A stretch of 64,000 nt of DNA from Minisyncoccota bacterium (GTDB lineage: Bacteria > Patescibacteriota > Minisyncoccia > Phycocordibacterales > UBA1550), in contig JBAZWZ010000003.1 in assembly GCA_041660105.1 (NCBI GenBank), positions 25,527-89,526 on the forward strand, in the 5' to 3' direction. Each line of letters starts with the position of its first letter. Position 1 is the first letter of the stretch. A model generated the notes under the pieces. The model had not been told where the DNA came from and made no database searches. It was given only the letters and a program-made list of their open reading frames with translations. A program made the translations under genes and the position numbers. This document shows positions 1 to 8,984 of the stretch, one piece after another.

Positions 1-692
1 AGTAAATACTGAACTAAAAATATTTGAAACACCCAAATTTTTAAAGTTCGTAGCGAGACCATCCTCTCCTTCTAGATAAAAGAGATTATCAGTATGGTCC
101 TCAGCGAGGGCAATAAAAGGAAGGGAGTCAGGAAGATAAACTTCTTCAGTTTTTAAAAAACCGCCAGAAATGTTTTGTACAGAAGAAGAAGCAGAAGGAA
201 GGATGTTTACGATGCGCGATTTGATTATACCGTTTGCAACATCATCAACGAAACGCACTACAACACTATTTCCGTTGTTCCCCCAAAGAGCCTCAGAGAG
301 GTGTGGGCGGGTCTCATTGACGAGACGAGTTTCCGAGTAATTTGAAAGCTGCGTTTCAAAAATATTCCCCAACCCACGCTCAATATATCGAGCAGTGATG
401 TTTGTAATATTTCCTTTTTTATCCTTTGTCTCTGCAAAACCGACGCCTGCAACGGGAGCAGTGTGGAGTTGGTAAAGGCGAGGAAGAGCTTTTCCTTCTG
501 TGGGGGTAAAAGATGAGGGCTCCTCTTGAACAGCTGTCCCTTGTGTGCCCGTGCTTGGAGTCGAGGTGCTTCCGCTTGGGAAAGAAGTCACGGGTGTTTT
601 CGATGTTGTCCTTTGCGTGAAATACCAATATGCTCCACCGCCAAAAAGGGCGAGGATGATGATAATAAAAATTATTAATATTCTTTTATTCA
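1..692 (-). CDS. Partial (C-terminus off the window) membrane-anchored hypothetical protein, the distal gene of the T4SS-like operon. N-terminus reads MNKRILIIFIIIILALFGGGAYWYF (TM anchor), and the rest is Thr/Ser-rich and predicted extracellular.
   Basis: Manual translation of the minus strand from ATG at 692..690 reads through to position 1 without a stop. It is not in the ORF track because the stop lies outside the window. N-terminal hydrophobic helix. Confidence 0.5.
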
Positions 693-699
693 TAATGTA

Positions 700-1689
700 T
701 TATCTAAGGTTGAAGTGCCACTGATCACCTTGTATGTTTTGCCAACTAAGCATAATCCCCTCGTGTACCATAAACGCATTTATATCAGTATACCCAAATT
801 GAGAGAAATTACTGAAATTAACACCTACAGGAGAGAGGTCAACGCCTGTGCCGTACATATGTGGAGAGTTTTGGGAGTCAGGATTAGAAACGAGGCTTCC
901 AAGCCCGTGGGAGCTATACTCACTACCGACAGCAGCTTTTTCGTCTACACACAAAGGGTCGTTGTTGTCTTTAAAAGTATTGTATGCAGTGAACACTTGA
1001 AAAAGGTGTTTTTGGTAGTTGTAGGGGCGATAAGCAGAAGTAACGTTAACCGTATAGCCTGAGTTGAGCTCAGGCAGGGCATACTGCAGTTTAACAACCT
1101 CTTTGTTTAGTGCTGTAAGATTTGACTGGACTGTGGGGTCGTTTGAACTCCAAATAACATTGTTTCCGCCTTCCATTGCAGACGCGGCAGGGTCATCAAG
1201 AAGAGACATATCAGGAGTAGGAACCGAACAATCCGACCCAGGTGCTATTACTCCTGTCCCATTTCCTCCAACCCCAGGGGTAAGAGTAGGAGCCATATTG
1301 CGAACCGTAACAGAGTCGAGCGTAAGCTTAAAATTTACAAGATCAGGATTGATAGAGTTTAAAACAAGGTATGAAGAAAGAATGATAGTGAGACCAATGA
1401 GGGCATTGACGATACGCTCCTTTGCGCCACTTTTTGCATCAGGAGAAATCCCCGCAGCAACATATTGCGTCCCCCCAATAACCCCATAAAGTACGGCAAG
1501 CCCTGCTCCAAGCGCGATAAGAAGCTTGATCATTCCTGCAAGATAAGTAGGGAGGTCAGTGGTGCCTGTGCTCGGGTTTATAATACCGGGAAGGCTCTGA
1601 AGAGGTACATAACCTTGAGCATTTGCAACAAGTATCCCTCCACCAAGGGATACAATAACGAGTGAAAAAATGTATGCGAAGTGTTTCAT
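700..1689 (-). CDS. TrbC/VirB2-like pilin-like protein with a signal peptide, two hydrophobic helices (LAGMIKLLIALGAGLAVLYGVIGG and IVNALIGLTIILSSYLVL) and a roughly 200-aa C-terminal extension.
   Basis: The signal-peptide plus two-helix architecture is typical of conjugative pilins. The gene sits directly downstream of VirB4 in the same operon. The C-terminal extension is unusual. Confidence 0.4.
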   Translation of the reverse strand: MKHFAYIFSLVIVSLGGGILVANAQGYVPLQSLPGIINPSTGTTDLPTYLAGMIKLLIALGAGLAVLYGVIGGTQYVAAGISPDAKSGAKERIVNALIGLTIILSSYLVLNSINPDLVNFKLTLDSVTVRNMAPTLTPGVGGNGTGVIAPGSDCSVPTPDMSLLDDPAASAMEGGNNVIWSSNDPTVQSNLTALNKEVVKLQYALPELNSGYTVNVTSAYRPYNYQKHLFQVFTAYNTFKDNNDPLCVDEKAAVGSEYSSHGLGSLVSNPDSQNSPHMYGTGVDLSPVGVNFSNFSQFGYTDINAFMVHEGIMLSWQNIQGDQWHFNLR

Positions 1690-1695
1690 AATGTT

Positions 1696-2799
1696 TTAAA
1701 ATATTGGTTTACTTGTGGCGTCGCTTGCGGCGAAATTAATGCGAAGCTCGCGGCTTGCCGCCTGGAAGATATGAGGTAGACTTGTTACCGTAAGAGAAAT
1801 ATCGGTGCTTCCTTTTGCTCCGGTGTCATTTCGAAGAGTAATGTCCCTATTGTTGTTTTGGGTTTTGTTTCCATTTACAGACCAATTATATCGAAGCGTT
1901 TGCATACCGAGTGAATTATTTGAGAAAAAAAATGGCTCTGCGCTTAATGAAAGCTCTCTGTTTGAGAGGTATGTTTCAGCGCTAAACGATTGGTTGTATT
2001 GCACTCCCAAAAGAGGGTGGTTTTCATAAAAGAGAACAAAAGGATTAGAAAGAGGAAAAGAAGCAGTTGCCTCAGAATTGATGGTGTCGTCTATGGATGA
2101 AACTTTGACACTAACAGAAGAGTGGCTTAAAGGAATTGGTCCTGTAAAAGAAAAGGAATTTTTCCCATATCCAGAAAACTTTGTCTGCACCGTTCCTTCT
2201 TTCTGCCATGTATACACGAGATCCCCCGCCCCTAGAGCATTTTTAGGGTCGGTATTGTCAGGAGTTGCAATAACTGTTACCGCTGCTTCGGGGGAAAGTA
2301 ATGGTTTTCCTTTATAAAAAGGCGGGGTATAGGTGTCTGCTTGCCAAAACAGCGTGATCCCTACAGGAGTCCATGACAAGTCTCTTGTTAAGATTTGCCC
2401 ACCATTCGTGGCAATGGTAATAGTAAGGTTGGTCGTCTCCCCTGATGAGCCGTTTTGAAAACCAAAATGCCTTTCTCCTAAACCTTTCAAGACAACCTTG
2501 TTATTTAGAGACCAGTTAATATAAGCCTTGTCTAAATCCGTGAGATAACTTTCAACAGTGATATTCACCGAAGTGTTTGGGCCAGGGTTTTTTGGTGTTG
2601 TTGTAATTTGCAAGTATTGATACATTGAGTCCTCAAGAATTTTACCGGGCAAAGCGAGCTCCTTAGCAAGTTCGCTTTGCATGAGATTATCTATTGTTTG
2701 CTCCGAAGTAGTGGTAGATGTTTGTGCAAATACAAAGAGTGGCCCACACAAAAAACTCGCTACAAGAGTACTAACGAGCAGTTTGTGCTTTTGATACAT
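1696..2799 (-). CDS. Secreted hypothetical protein of the T4SS-like operon, N/T/S-rich.
   Basis: 367-aa ORF with an N-terminal signal peptide (LLVSTLVASFLCGPLFVFAQT). No recognisable catalytic motif. Confidence 0.5.
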   Translation of the reverse strand: MYQKHKLLVSTLVASFLCGPLFVFAQTSTTTSEQTIDNLMQSELAKELALPGKILEDSMYQYLQITTTPKNPGPNTSVNITVESYLTDLDKAYINWSLNNKVVLKGLGERHFGFQNGSSGETTNLTITIATNGGQILTRDLSWTPVGITLFWQADTYTPPFYKGKPLLSPEAAVTVIATPDNTDPKNALGAGDLVYTWQKEGTVQTKFSGYGKNSFSFTGPIPLSHSSVSVKVSSIDDTINSEATASFPLSNPFVLFYENHPLLGVQYNQSFSAETYLSNRELSLSAEPFFFSNNSLGMQTLRYNWSVNGNKTQNNNRDITLRNDTGAKGSTDISLTVTSLPHIFQAASRELRINFAASDATSKPIF

Positions 2800-2851
2800 A
2801 TGCGTATATTATACCGCGAAAGTTCACAGCGCGCTATCATTGTGGGGTATT

Positions 2852-4687
2852 TTATACAACCCCCTGCGCTTCTGCGTCTGCAAGCTCTCGTTTTGCCTTC
2901 TTAATTGCCAGGATTTGTCCAGGGTCTGAGGTGATGATCTGCTCTTCCGTATAAGAAGCAATCGAGCGGATAGCTACGTGCTTCATCCCCGCAAAAAAGA
3001 TACCCTCCCCCACTCCTGATTCCAAAAGGAGGAATTTCTCTTCGTCAGTGAGGTTAAATGCCTTTTGCACTGCGTCAATCGAAGTTGGCGACTGCTTGAG
3101 TAGGATTTGGATAGAAGAGTTGGTCATAATTGGCAAGCCGTATGGTGACTTCAAGAAATCGTTTACGTCTTGGGTGATGGTGGCGATGCCGAGGTAGTAC
3201 TTTCGACCGCGTTTTGCGAGCGCATAAAGAAACGCTGCAGTGTCTTCGGACTTCATCATCCACCATGCTTCGTCCACCACAAGGAGACGCTTCCTCAGAG
3301 TGCGACGTACTGCGTTCCAGATAAAGTGCGTCACGAGATACATTGCCACAGGCTTCAAGTCGTCCTCCATATCGCGCACCGAGAAGACGATGAATTTGCG
3401 GTTGATGTCGACATTTGAAGGATTATTGATGAAACCTGCCCATGATCCACGTGTGTATTTGGTGAGCTTCGTGAGAATCCCCTCCGCGCCCTCCATCCCC
3501 GAAAGCACCATTTCAAAATCAGAAAGAAGTGGAGGCTCGATAGCGGAGAAGTCAGAGTCTGGTGTAATGTCTTTGAGCGCGTAGGTTTCGGAGATTGCAC
3601 GGTCGACGATAGCGTCTTCTTCTGGGCTGAGGCCAGAAAGCATAATACGAAAGAGACCGACGAGGGAAATGATGTTTGCACGGAGCACGTCGGCGGGCGA
3701 CTCGTCTTCTCGAGGAACAGGAAGATCAAATGGATTGATATGGTGCTCTGAGTTGAGAGAAATATTAAAATAGCGCCCCCCCACTGCTTCGGCCATAGAC
3801 TCATACTCACGCTCGGGGTCGATGACGATGACATCGATGTCGAACATCAAGCTACGCAAAATCTCGAGCTTGGTTGCAAAGGATTTTCCGGAACCAGACT
3901 TCGCAAATGTTACCGAGTTGTAGTTCTCGAGAGAAAAGCGATCGAAGAGGACGAGAGAAGCGTTGTGTCTGTTTATGCCATAGAGAATCCCCTTGTCAGA
4001 AGTGAGGTCGAAGGAAACAAACGGGAAGAAACTTGAAAGAGGTTGGGAGTTGATTTTTTTTGTAACGACAATCTTGTCGTCGTTTACAGGAATGATACTT
4101 TGAAAAGCCTCCTCTTGTTGGAAGAGCGCAGGACGAACATAAATAAGTCGTGACTCAAGCATTGATTTGATCTCTGCCTCAACGTGCCCGAGCTCCTCTT
4201 CTGTGTCAGCATAGAGAGACAAATAAAGACCAACATCAAACATTTTTTCTTGAGCTTGCTGGAGGCGGTCACGAAGTTCTTCGAGGTCGCGATATGCCGA
4301 CTCGAGCATTGGGTCACGCACAAAACCTTTGCTCTCACGCACATTTATTTGGCTTTGAACCTCAGCAACTTTCTTTTCAAACTTCTTCATAATCCCCGCA
4401 GTGTCGACAGGGTGAATGTAAATAGCAATATCAAATACCTTATCAAGGTTGATGAGCGGAGAAAGCCAGTTGTCGGAAACAACACTTGGGTATGAAGTAA
4501 TAAAGAAAGAGCGAACATATTTTTCCCCCAAAATAAGCTCCTTTGATTCAACTTTTACCGCAGATGGAGCGATAACATCAGCAAGGTTGAGCCCTGTATC
4601 AACATAAAGATCTTGCGCAAGAATAGGCATAGAGTTTTTATCTCCGCCCGCATCCGTCCTCTGTGTGTTTCCAAAAAAATTAATCAT
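2852..4687 (-). CDS. virB4: VirB4/TrbE/CagE-family T4SS ATPase (Gram-positive ConE/TcpF-like), lacking the extreme N-terminal domain.
   Basis: Walker A is FAKSGSGKSFATK and Walker B is LLVVDEAWWMM. The N-terminal region (GEKYVRSFFITSYPSVVSDNWLSPL...IAIYIHP) matches the CagE_TrbE_VirB core. 611 aa. Confidence 0.85.
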   Translation of the reverse strand: MINFFGNTQRTDAGGDKNSMPILAQDLYVDTGLNLADVIAPSAVKVESKELILGEKYVRSFFITSYPSVVSDNWLSPLINLDKVFDIAIYIHPVDTAGIMKKFEKKVAEVQSQINVRESKGFVRDPMLESAYRDLEELRDRLQQAQEKMFDVGLYLSLYADTEEELGHVEAEIKSMLESRLIYVRPALFQQEEAFQSIIPVNDDKIVVTKKINSQPLSSFFPFVSFDLTSDKGILYGINRHNASLVLFDRFSLENYNSVTFAKSGSGKSFATKLEILRSLMFDIDVIVIDPEREYESMAEAVGGRYFNISLNSEHHINPFDLPVPREDESPADVLRANIISLVGLFRIMLSGLSPEEDAIVDRAISETYALKDITPDSDFSAIEPPLLSDFEMVLSGMEGAEGILTKLTKYTRGSWAGFINNPSNVDINRKFIVFSVRDMEDDLKPVAMYLVTHFIWNAVRRTLRKRLLVVDEAWWMMKSEDTAAFLYALAKRGRKYYLGIATITQDVNDFLKSPYGLPIMTNSSIQILLKQSPTSIDAVQKAFNLTDEEKFLLLESGVGEGIFFAGMKHVAIRSIASYTEEQIITSDPGQILAIKKAKRELADAEAQGVV

Positions 4688-4704
4688 AATAGTTGTTGTT
4701 GATA

Positions 4705-5361
4705 TTATCGTACGTCGACCTTCTTCTCTGCTTCCCCAGGGTTGAATAGGCGGTAATAAAGCTCGGTGAGCTCCTCTGTCCCAAGAGGAACCACGCGCAC
4801 ACCGGTGCGAGAAAGTCCCTGACTGATAATCCCCGCTCGTTGTTCAAGTTGTGTGCGTGCCTCTTCAAATGCTTCAGCCGCGCTTTGAGAAGGAACACCA
4901 CTTGCCTCCTTCTTTTTCCCAAAAAGACCAGAAAGACCGCCACTTGAAGCAGGAGCGTTGGTGACCGACTTTGGAGGTGCATAGGGAACAACAATAACAA
5001 AAAGCTTACTCATAATATTTGTCGACTGAGCAATCGTTTTTACGAACCCCATATATTCGCGAATCTGAATCTTTAATAATTCATTAACCTCTTCCTTGAG
5101 GCGACCTTCAAGGAGGATAAGGTAAGGGCGAATATCAAGACGACGCGATTGAATAAAAATCTGTGTGGAGAACTCGAGAGAGTTGAGAAAACTTTGAAAC
5201 TGCATCAAGACTGCTTGTTGCTCGTCGCCTGACTTGAGGGCGAGGTTCACCGAAGACGCCATAAGAAGCATACGAATAGTGCCATCTTTCAAAATCACGA
5301 CACCGTCGCGGATCTCTTTTACGGGAACAAAATCTTGTGCTGCTTTTGATTTGACTGCCAT
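4705..5361 (-). CDS. VirB4 N-terminal-domain-like protein, encoded separately and in a different frame from the ATPase ORF.
   Basis: 218 aa. The region VKEIRDGVVILKDGTIRMLLMASSVNLALKSGDEQQAVLMQFQSFLNSLEFSTQIFIQSRRLD resembles the N-terminal domain of Gram-positive VirB4 homologues (Tn916 Orf16/ConE type). It ends 17 bp before the VirB4 ATPase ORF. Confidence 0.45.
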   Translation of the reverse strand: MAVKSKAAQDFVPVKEIRDGVVILKDGTIRMLLMASSVNLALKSGDEQQAVLMQFQSFLNSLEFSTQIFIQSRRLDIRPYLILLEGRLKEEVNELLKIQIREYMGFVKTIAQSTNIMSKLFVIVVPYAPPKSVTNAPASSGGLSGLFGKKKEASGVPSQSAAEAFEEARTQLEQRAGIISQGLSRTGVRVVPLGTEELTELYYRLFNPGEAEKKVDVR

Positions 5362-5365
5362 ATTA

Positions 5366-5830
5366 TTATTTTAGAATATCATCATCCTTATCCTTTCCTG
5401 TTTTACTTTTTTCTTCTGATTTTTGGGCTCCACGTACATCAAGGTTGAAAGATGCACTTGATAATTTCCCCATCGAAACGGAAGGTGTCGAGACTGGTTG
5501 TGAGGGGAGGAAGTCTTCCTCTTTTCCAGCCTTCGGCTCCGCAGTGGTCTTTTTCCACGTGTAAAGTTTGTCGTGGATCAGATAATTGAAGGCAGCCTCA
5601 AGGATTTCAATAAACGGCTTGCCAAGTTTTTCTTTTGGATAGAACGCGAGTGCCCACGTGAGCAAGGCAATACCAAAAATTATTGGGAATTTTATTGCCG
5701 CGTAAGGAATGATACGCCAAATAAGATAAATACCACCTCCTCCGCCAGCCACATAAATCGCTTGCTTCAAAGTAAGCGGGCCAAAGAGCTTGTCCTCGAT
5801 GTCGATGTATTGAGGAATATGGAATTGCAT
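5366..5830 (-). CDS. PrgI/ConD-like (VirB3-like) small two-TM T4SS membrane protein.
   Basis: Sequence MQFHIPQYIDIEDKLFGPLTLKQAIYVAGGGGGIYLIW... followed by two TM helices. The track ORF begins at an alternative TTG (5845). The ATG at 5830 gives a PrgI-family N-terminus. Confidence 0.55.
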   Translation of the reverse strand: MQFHIPQYIDIEDKLFGPLTLKQAIYVAGGGGGIYLIWRIIPYAAIKFPIIFGIALLTWALAFYPKEKLGKPFIEILEAAFNYLIHDKLYTWKKTTAEPKAGKEEDFLPSQPVSTPSVSMGKLSSASFNLDVRGAQKSEEKSKTGKDKDDDILK

Positions 5831-5838
5831 AGGTCTAT

Positions 5839-5873
5839 TATACAACTAACCACCAACAACTAACAACTAACAA
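5839..5873. repeat. Heptanucleotide-repeat module tatacaactaaccaccaacaactaacaactaacaa (CAACTAA variant), immediately upstream of the prgI-like start, with TATAAT in between.
   Basis: Read directly. On the coding strand it reads GTTAGTTGTTAGTTGTTGGTGGTTAGTTGTATAATAGACCT-ATG. Confidence 0.8.
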
Positions 5874-5885
5874 AAAATTAAAACA

Positions 5886-6677
5886 CTACTCAATCGGTTC
5901 GCGATAGGGGTCCCCCAGAGACGCGGGGCGAGGGGCTTGGGCGACAGCTTGCGTAATAGTAAGGTCCCCCATTGATTGTTGACCAGCAGTGAAAACTTTC
6001 TGCATTTTTTCCTCAAAAGGATGAACTTCTGGAGATGCCACTAGGGTTGGTTCTGGCTCTGTTGTTTTTGGAGTAAGGTTTGGTAAAAAGGACTCAGTCG
6101 TTTCTTCGGTGGGAAGATTTTGAGGGACTACTTCAGGAGATCTTTCCCATATTTTTGTCGACGTAGCGTCTGGATATATCATTCCTGGGGCAGGGACTTC
6201 GGCGGGAAGAACAAAAGTCTCTCCCTCCATAGGCGCTTCAGGGAGAAGAGATTCTTCTTGAGCAGACTCCATTTCATCAAGGGAAGGAACTCTTTTTTCA
6301 AAGATAGTATCAGGTACTTCACCAAAAAGCTCACGGTCTTCCTCTTCTTCCCTCTTTTGTTTTTCAATGGAAGCGACACGGATCTCCTCCATAGGAATAA
6401 ATATTTCACGAGAAATAATCTGACCAAGCTCCGCCGTATCTTCCGCAGTAAGACCGAGAGTTTCTTGGCATTTAGCAGTGAAGTCATCTTCAGAGAGAAG
6501 GCCAAGGATAACAAAATTAACCATTGCGTTTAATTTTTTCACCTGATCAGGGAGAAGACCAAATGCCTGACTTGCTGTCTGAATTTTTCTCTCAAGCTCA
6601 GGCGTAAAAACATTATCCTGTACTTCATCAGGAAGAAGGTTGAAGTTATTTTCGATTTGTTCGTCGGTATAGTTCAT
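5886..6677 (-). CDS. Acidic (Glu/Asp/Pro-rich) hypothetical protein in the T4SS-like operon.
   Basis: 263-aa ORF with no TM and low-complexity acidic C-terminal half. Confidence 0.45.
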   Translation of the reverse strand: MNYTDEQIENNFNLLPDEVQDNVFTPELERKIQTASQAFGLLPDQVKKLNAMVNFVILGLLSEDDFTAKCQETLGLTAEDTAELGQIISREIFIPMEEIRVASIEKQKREEEEDRELFGEVPDTIFEKRVPSLDEMESAQEESLLPEAPMEGETFVLPAEVPAPGMIYPDATSTKIWERSPEVVPQNLPTEETTESFLPNLTPKTTEPEPTLVASPEVHPFEEKMQKVFTAGQQSMGDLTITQAVAQAPRPASLGDPYREPIE

Positions 6678-6680
6678 AGT

Positions 6681-8975
6681 TTAGTGTTTTGCAGCTGATG
6701 CATCCTTTGGAGCTGAGTCTTTGTCCTTTTTGCCACCCTTGTCCTCTCCTAATTGCTTCTTTTTTTCCTGGATCTTTTCTATATCTGCTTCTGCTGACTC
6801 GAACTTCTTGAGCGCCTTTTCTGCTCTCCTTTTTTCGACAATTGCCATAGCGTGCATATCGGTATCATCGGGGTGTTTAGTTTTTACATATTCAAGTTGA
6901 GCTTCTGCTTTTGCCAATTTGTCCTCAAGCTCTTTAAGGGCCACCTCCTTTGCTTTTTTTGCTTCGGGGCTATCAAGCTCCATATCGTGAGGAATCTTAA
7001 GAGTTGTTTTAAAACTATCTGTTATTGCTTTCTCTTTTTCATCAAGGGAGATTCGTTTCTTTTCGTTCTTGTCAATCTCGTCTGCGGCTTGACCTCTCCC
7101 AATATTTGCTCCTGTAAAGGCTCTAAAGTTGGCAGCTGCCATTCCTGCCGCAGCGCCTGGTATACCGCCAGCTATTGCACCAGCTACTCCCCCTGCGATA
7201 GACCCTGCTATGCCACCAGACCTAAGCTGCTGTGCGTAAGCGGTGGCAGCGGTTCCCTCAATCTTTTTGCCTGTTTTAACCATCTCTCCCTTTTCGTTCT
7301 TTTTGTATTCATCAACCATCGCTTTGACAGCTTTGCCCCCCGCTCCTGTTGTAATCTTCTTTCCAAATGCAATATCAGTTGCCTTTGCTTCGGAAACAGT
7401 CTTCTGGAAGTTTCCTGCCCCACCCTTTCCTATACCAAGAGCAGCCCCCGCTCCAAATGGAGCATTACGAACGTCAAATGTTGCATTTGCCCCCTTATCA
7501 GTAAGATCGTAGGCAAGACGTCCAACCGATGATTCAGCTGCCCAAGCCTTGAAGCCTTCCCGCTCGGTGAGGTTGCGCGCTGCGCGACCAACAGTCTTTT
7601 GCGCAACAAGTGAAGCCCCGCCCGTAGCAAGGCCCATCGCACCGCTCACGAGATTTGACACTCCCTCACCCGTTGAACCAGCCATTCCCTCTGCAAACTT
7701 GAGCGCCTCCTGCAGTGCCTTGATAAGAAGAGCCGCAATCATTACGGGAGTAAGAATATACATAAAGTCGAAAGAACCACCAGCTGGAGGATCTTTTAAG
7801 ACACCACCCAAAATGCCATCTCCCGCACTTATTGCTTTCATAATGATATAAACAAAAAAGAGAAATACAGGGACGACGAAAGCTTGACTAATGAGCTCAT
7901 GAAGCCACTCATTAAATTTATTTGCCTTCCCAGGAAGTGCGATAGAAATGAAAGCAAAAGGAGAAAGTATCATTAGAGACCAAAATACAACAAGGCGTCT
8001 AACAAAAAGAAGAGCGGCTTTTAAAAAGATATACGCAGCGAAACCACTAACGATTGTCGCAACAATAAAAACAATGATCGCATCCATTGCGTGGACTTTT
8101 CCCGATACCAAAAGAAAGTTCTGAGGCTGGAAGGCCCCTGCCAAACTCGCTGAAATATCACGTTCGGGGACACCAACAACCGCAAAGCTTTGTTTATCAG
8201 GGGGGAGCTCAGTTCCCATACTGCTGTAAATCCCCACAGCCAAAACGTTCCCCGCGTCAATAATTATTTGAGAGAAAAAGAGACTAAAATTGATAAGAAG
8301 TGCCATCACAATAACCTTGAGCACGGTCCCTCTCCAGTCCTTTGCCCCCAAAATCGTCTGCACACCCGTATAAATGAGGATGAAGATAAAGAGCATATTT
8401 GAGAAGTCTCGCACTACTCCCCACGTGCTGTTTACGAAGTCTTGTTTAATGAAATTACTATCAATACTGAGCGTGAGCATTGCGTCAAATATGAATCCAG
8501 AACCTGCGAGGAGCCACGAGGCGGGCTTATATACACCATAATAGATAACAATAGGAATACACTCAGCTAGAGTGCCTGATGTCCCCATAAAGCCGTTGAG
8601 GGGGTTACACTTCAACTGCAATAAAATAGGGTCTGTCTCTGCATTAGCAGCAGCCTGTGCAGCATTTGCATTTGCGTTGTTTGCGTTTGTTTGGATTGCG
8701 GCACCTTGTTGTTCGGCCATCACAGAAACTCCAACGTGGCAGTTTGAAGCAATGACAAAACTGCTGTTGCCTGCTCTCGTGGACTGCGCTGCGCTACACG
8801 AGGCGCTGTCTGCGTATGGTCCAGAGACTTGTATGGTGCCTGGGTTCCCCCCCACGCCTACCTTTGCGTTATACCAAAAGAAATAACTATCAGCACCAAA
8901 AACAGTCGTCGCTCCGCCCAGCAAGAAAACGATTCCGAAGAGAAACGCTGTAATTTTTGGGAAGAGTTTTCTCAT
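6681..8975 (-). CDS. VirB6/ConG/TcpH-like polytopic membrane protein with a Gly-rich and Lys/Glu-rich coiled-coil C-terminal tail.
   Basis: 764 aa. Signal peptide, then at least 6 TM helices in the central region, then GIAGSIAGGVAGAIAGGIPGAAAGMAAA and a K/E-rich coiled coil. Its size, topology and position next to PrgI/VirB4 fit VirB6-like proteins of Gram-positive T4SS. Confidence 0.55.
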   Translation of the reverse strand: MRKLFPKITAFLFGIVFLLGGATTVFGADSYFFWYNAKVGVGGNPGTIQVSGPYADSASCSAAQSTRAGNSSFVIASNCHVGVSVMAEQQGAAIQTNANNANANAAQAAANAETDPILLQLKCNPLNGFMGTSGTLAECIPIVIYYGVYKPASWLLAGSGFIFDAMLTLSIDSNFIKQDFVNSTWGVVRDFSNMLFIFILIYTGVQTILGAKDWRGTVLKVIVMALLINFSLFFSQIIIDAGNVLAVGIYSSMGTELPPDKQSFAVVGVPERDISASLAGAFQPQNFLLVSGKVHAMDAIIVFIVATIVSGFAAYIFLKAALLFVRRLVVFWSLMILSPFAFISIALPGKANKFNEWLHELISQAFVVPVFLFFVYIIMKAISAGDGILGGVLKDPPAGGSFDFMYILTPVMIAALLIKALQEALKFAEGMAGSTGEGVSNLVSGAMGLATGGASLVAQKTVGRAARNLTEREGFKAWAAESSVGRLAYDLTDKGANATFDVRNAPFGAGAALGIGKGGAGNFQKTVSEAKATDIAFGKKITTGAGGKAVKAMVDEYKKNEKGEMVKTGKKIEGTAATAYAQQLRSGGIAGSIAGGVAGAIAGGIPGAAAGMAAANFRAFTGANIGRGQAADEIDKNEKKRISLDEKEKAITDSFKTTLKIPHDMELDSPEAKKAKEVALKELEDKLAKAEAQLEYVKTKHPDDTDMHAMAIVEKRRAEKALKKFESAEADIEKIQEKKKQLGEDKGGKKDKDSAPKDASAAKH

Positions 8976-8984
8976 TTAGTTAAT

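Noticed and set aside
715-1665. Plus-strand ORFs (115, 141 and 66 aa) inside the minus-strand pilin-like gene. Similar antisense ORFs lie inside VirB6 (6852..7532), the helicase (19670..20353), pilin-2 (58977..59402) and elsewhere.
   Set aside because: These are shadow ORFs fully embedded in longer, motif-bearing genes on the opposite strand. They are low-complexity with no motifs.
2852-5361. Programmed ribosomal frameshift joining the two VirB4 ORFs.
   Set aside because: No slippery heptamer (X XXY YYZ) or downstream pseudoknot was seen in the 17-bp junction. A split gene or a sequencing indel is more parsimonious. It was kept as a finding rather than called a frameshift.
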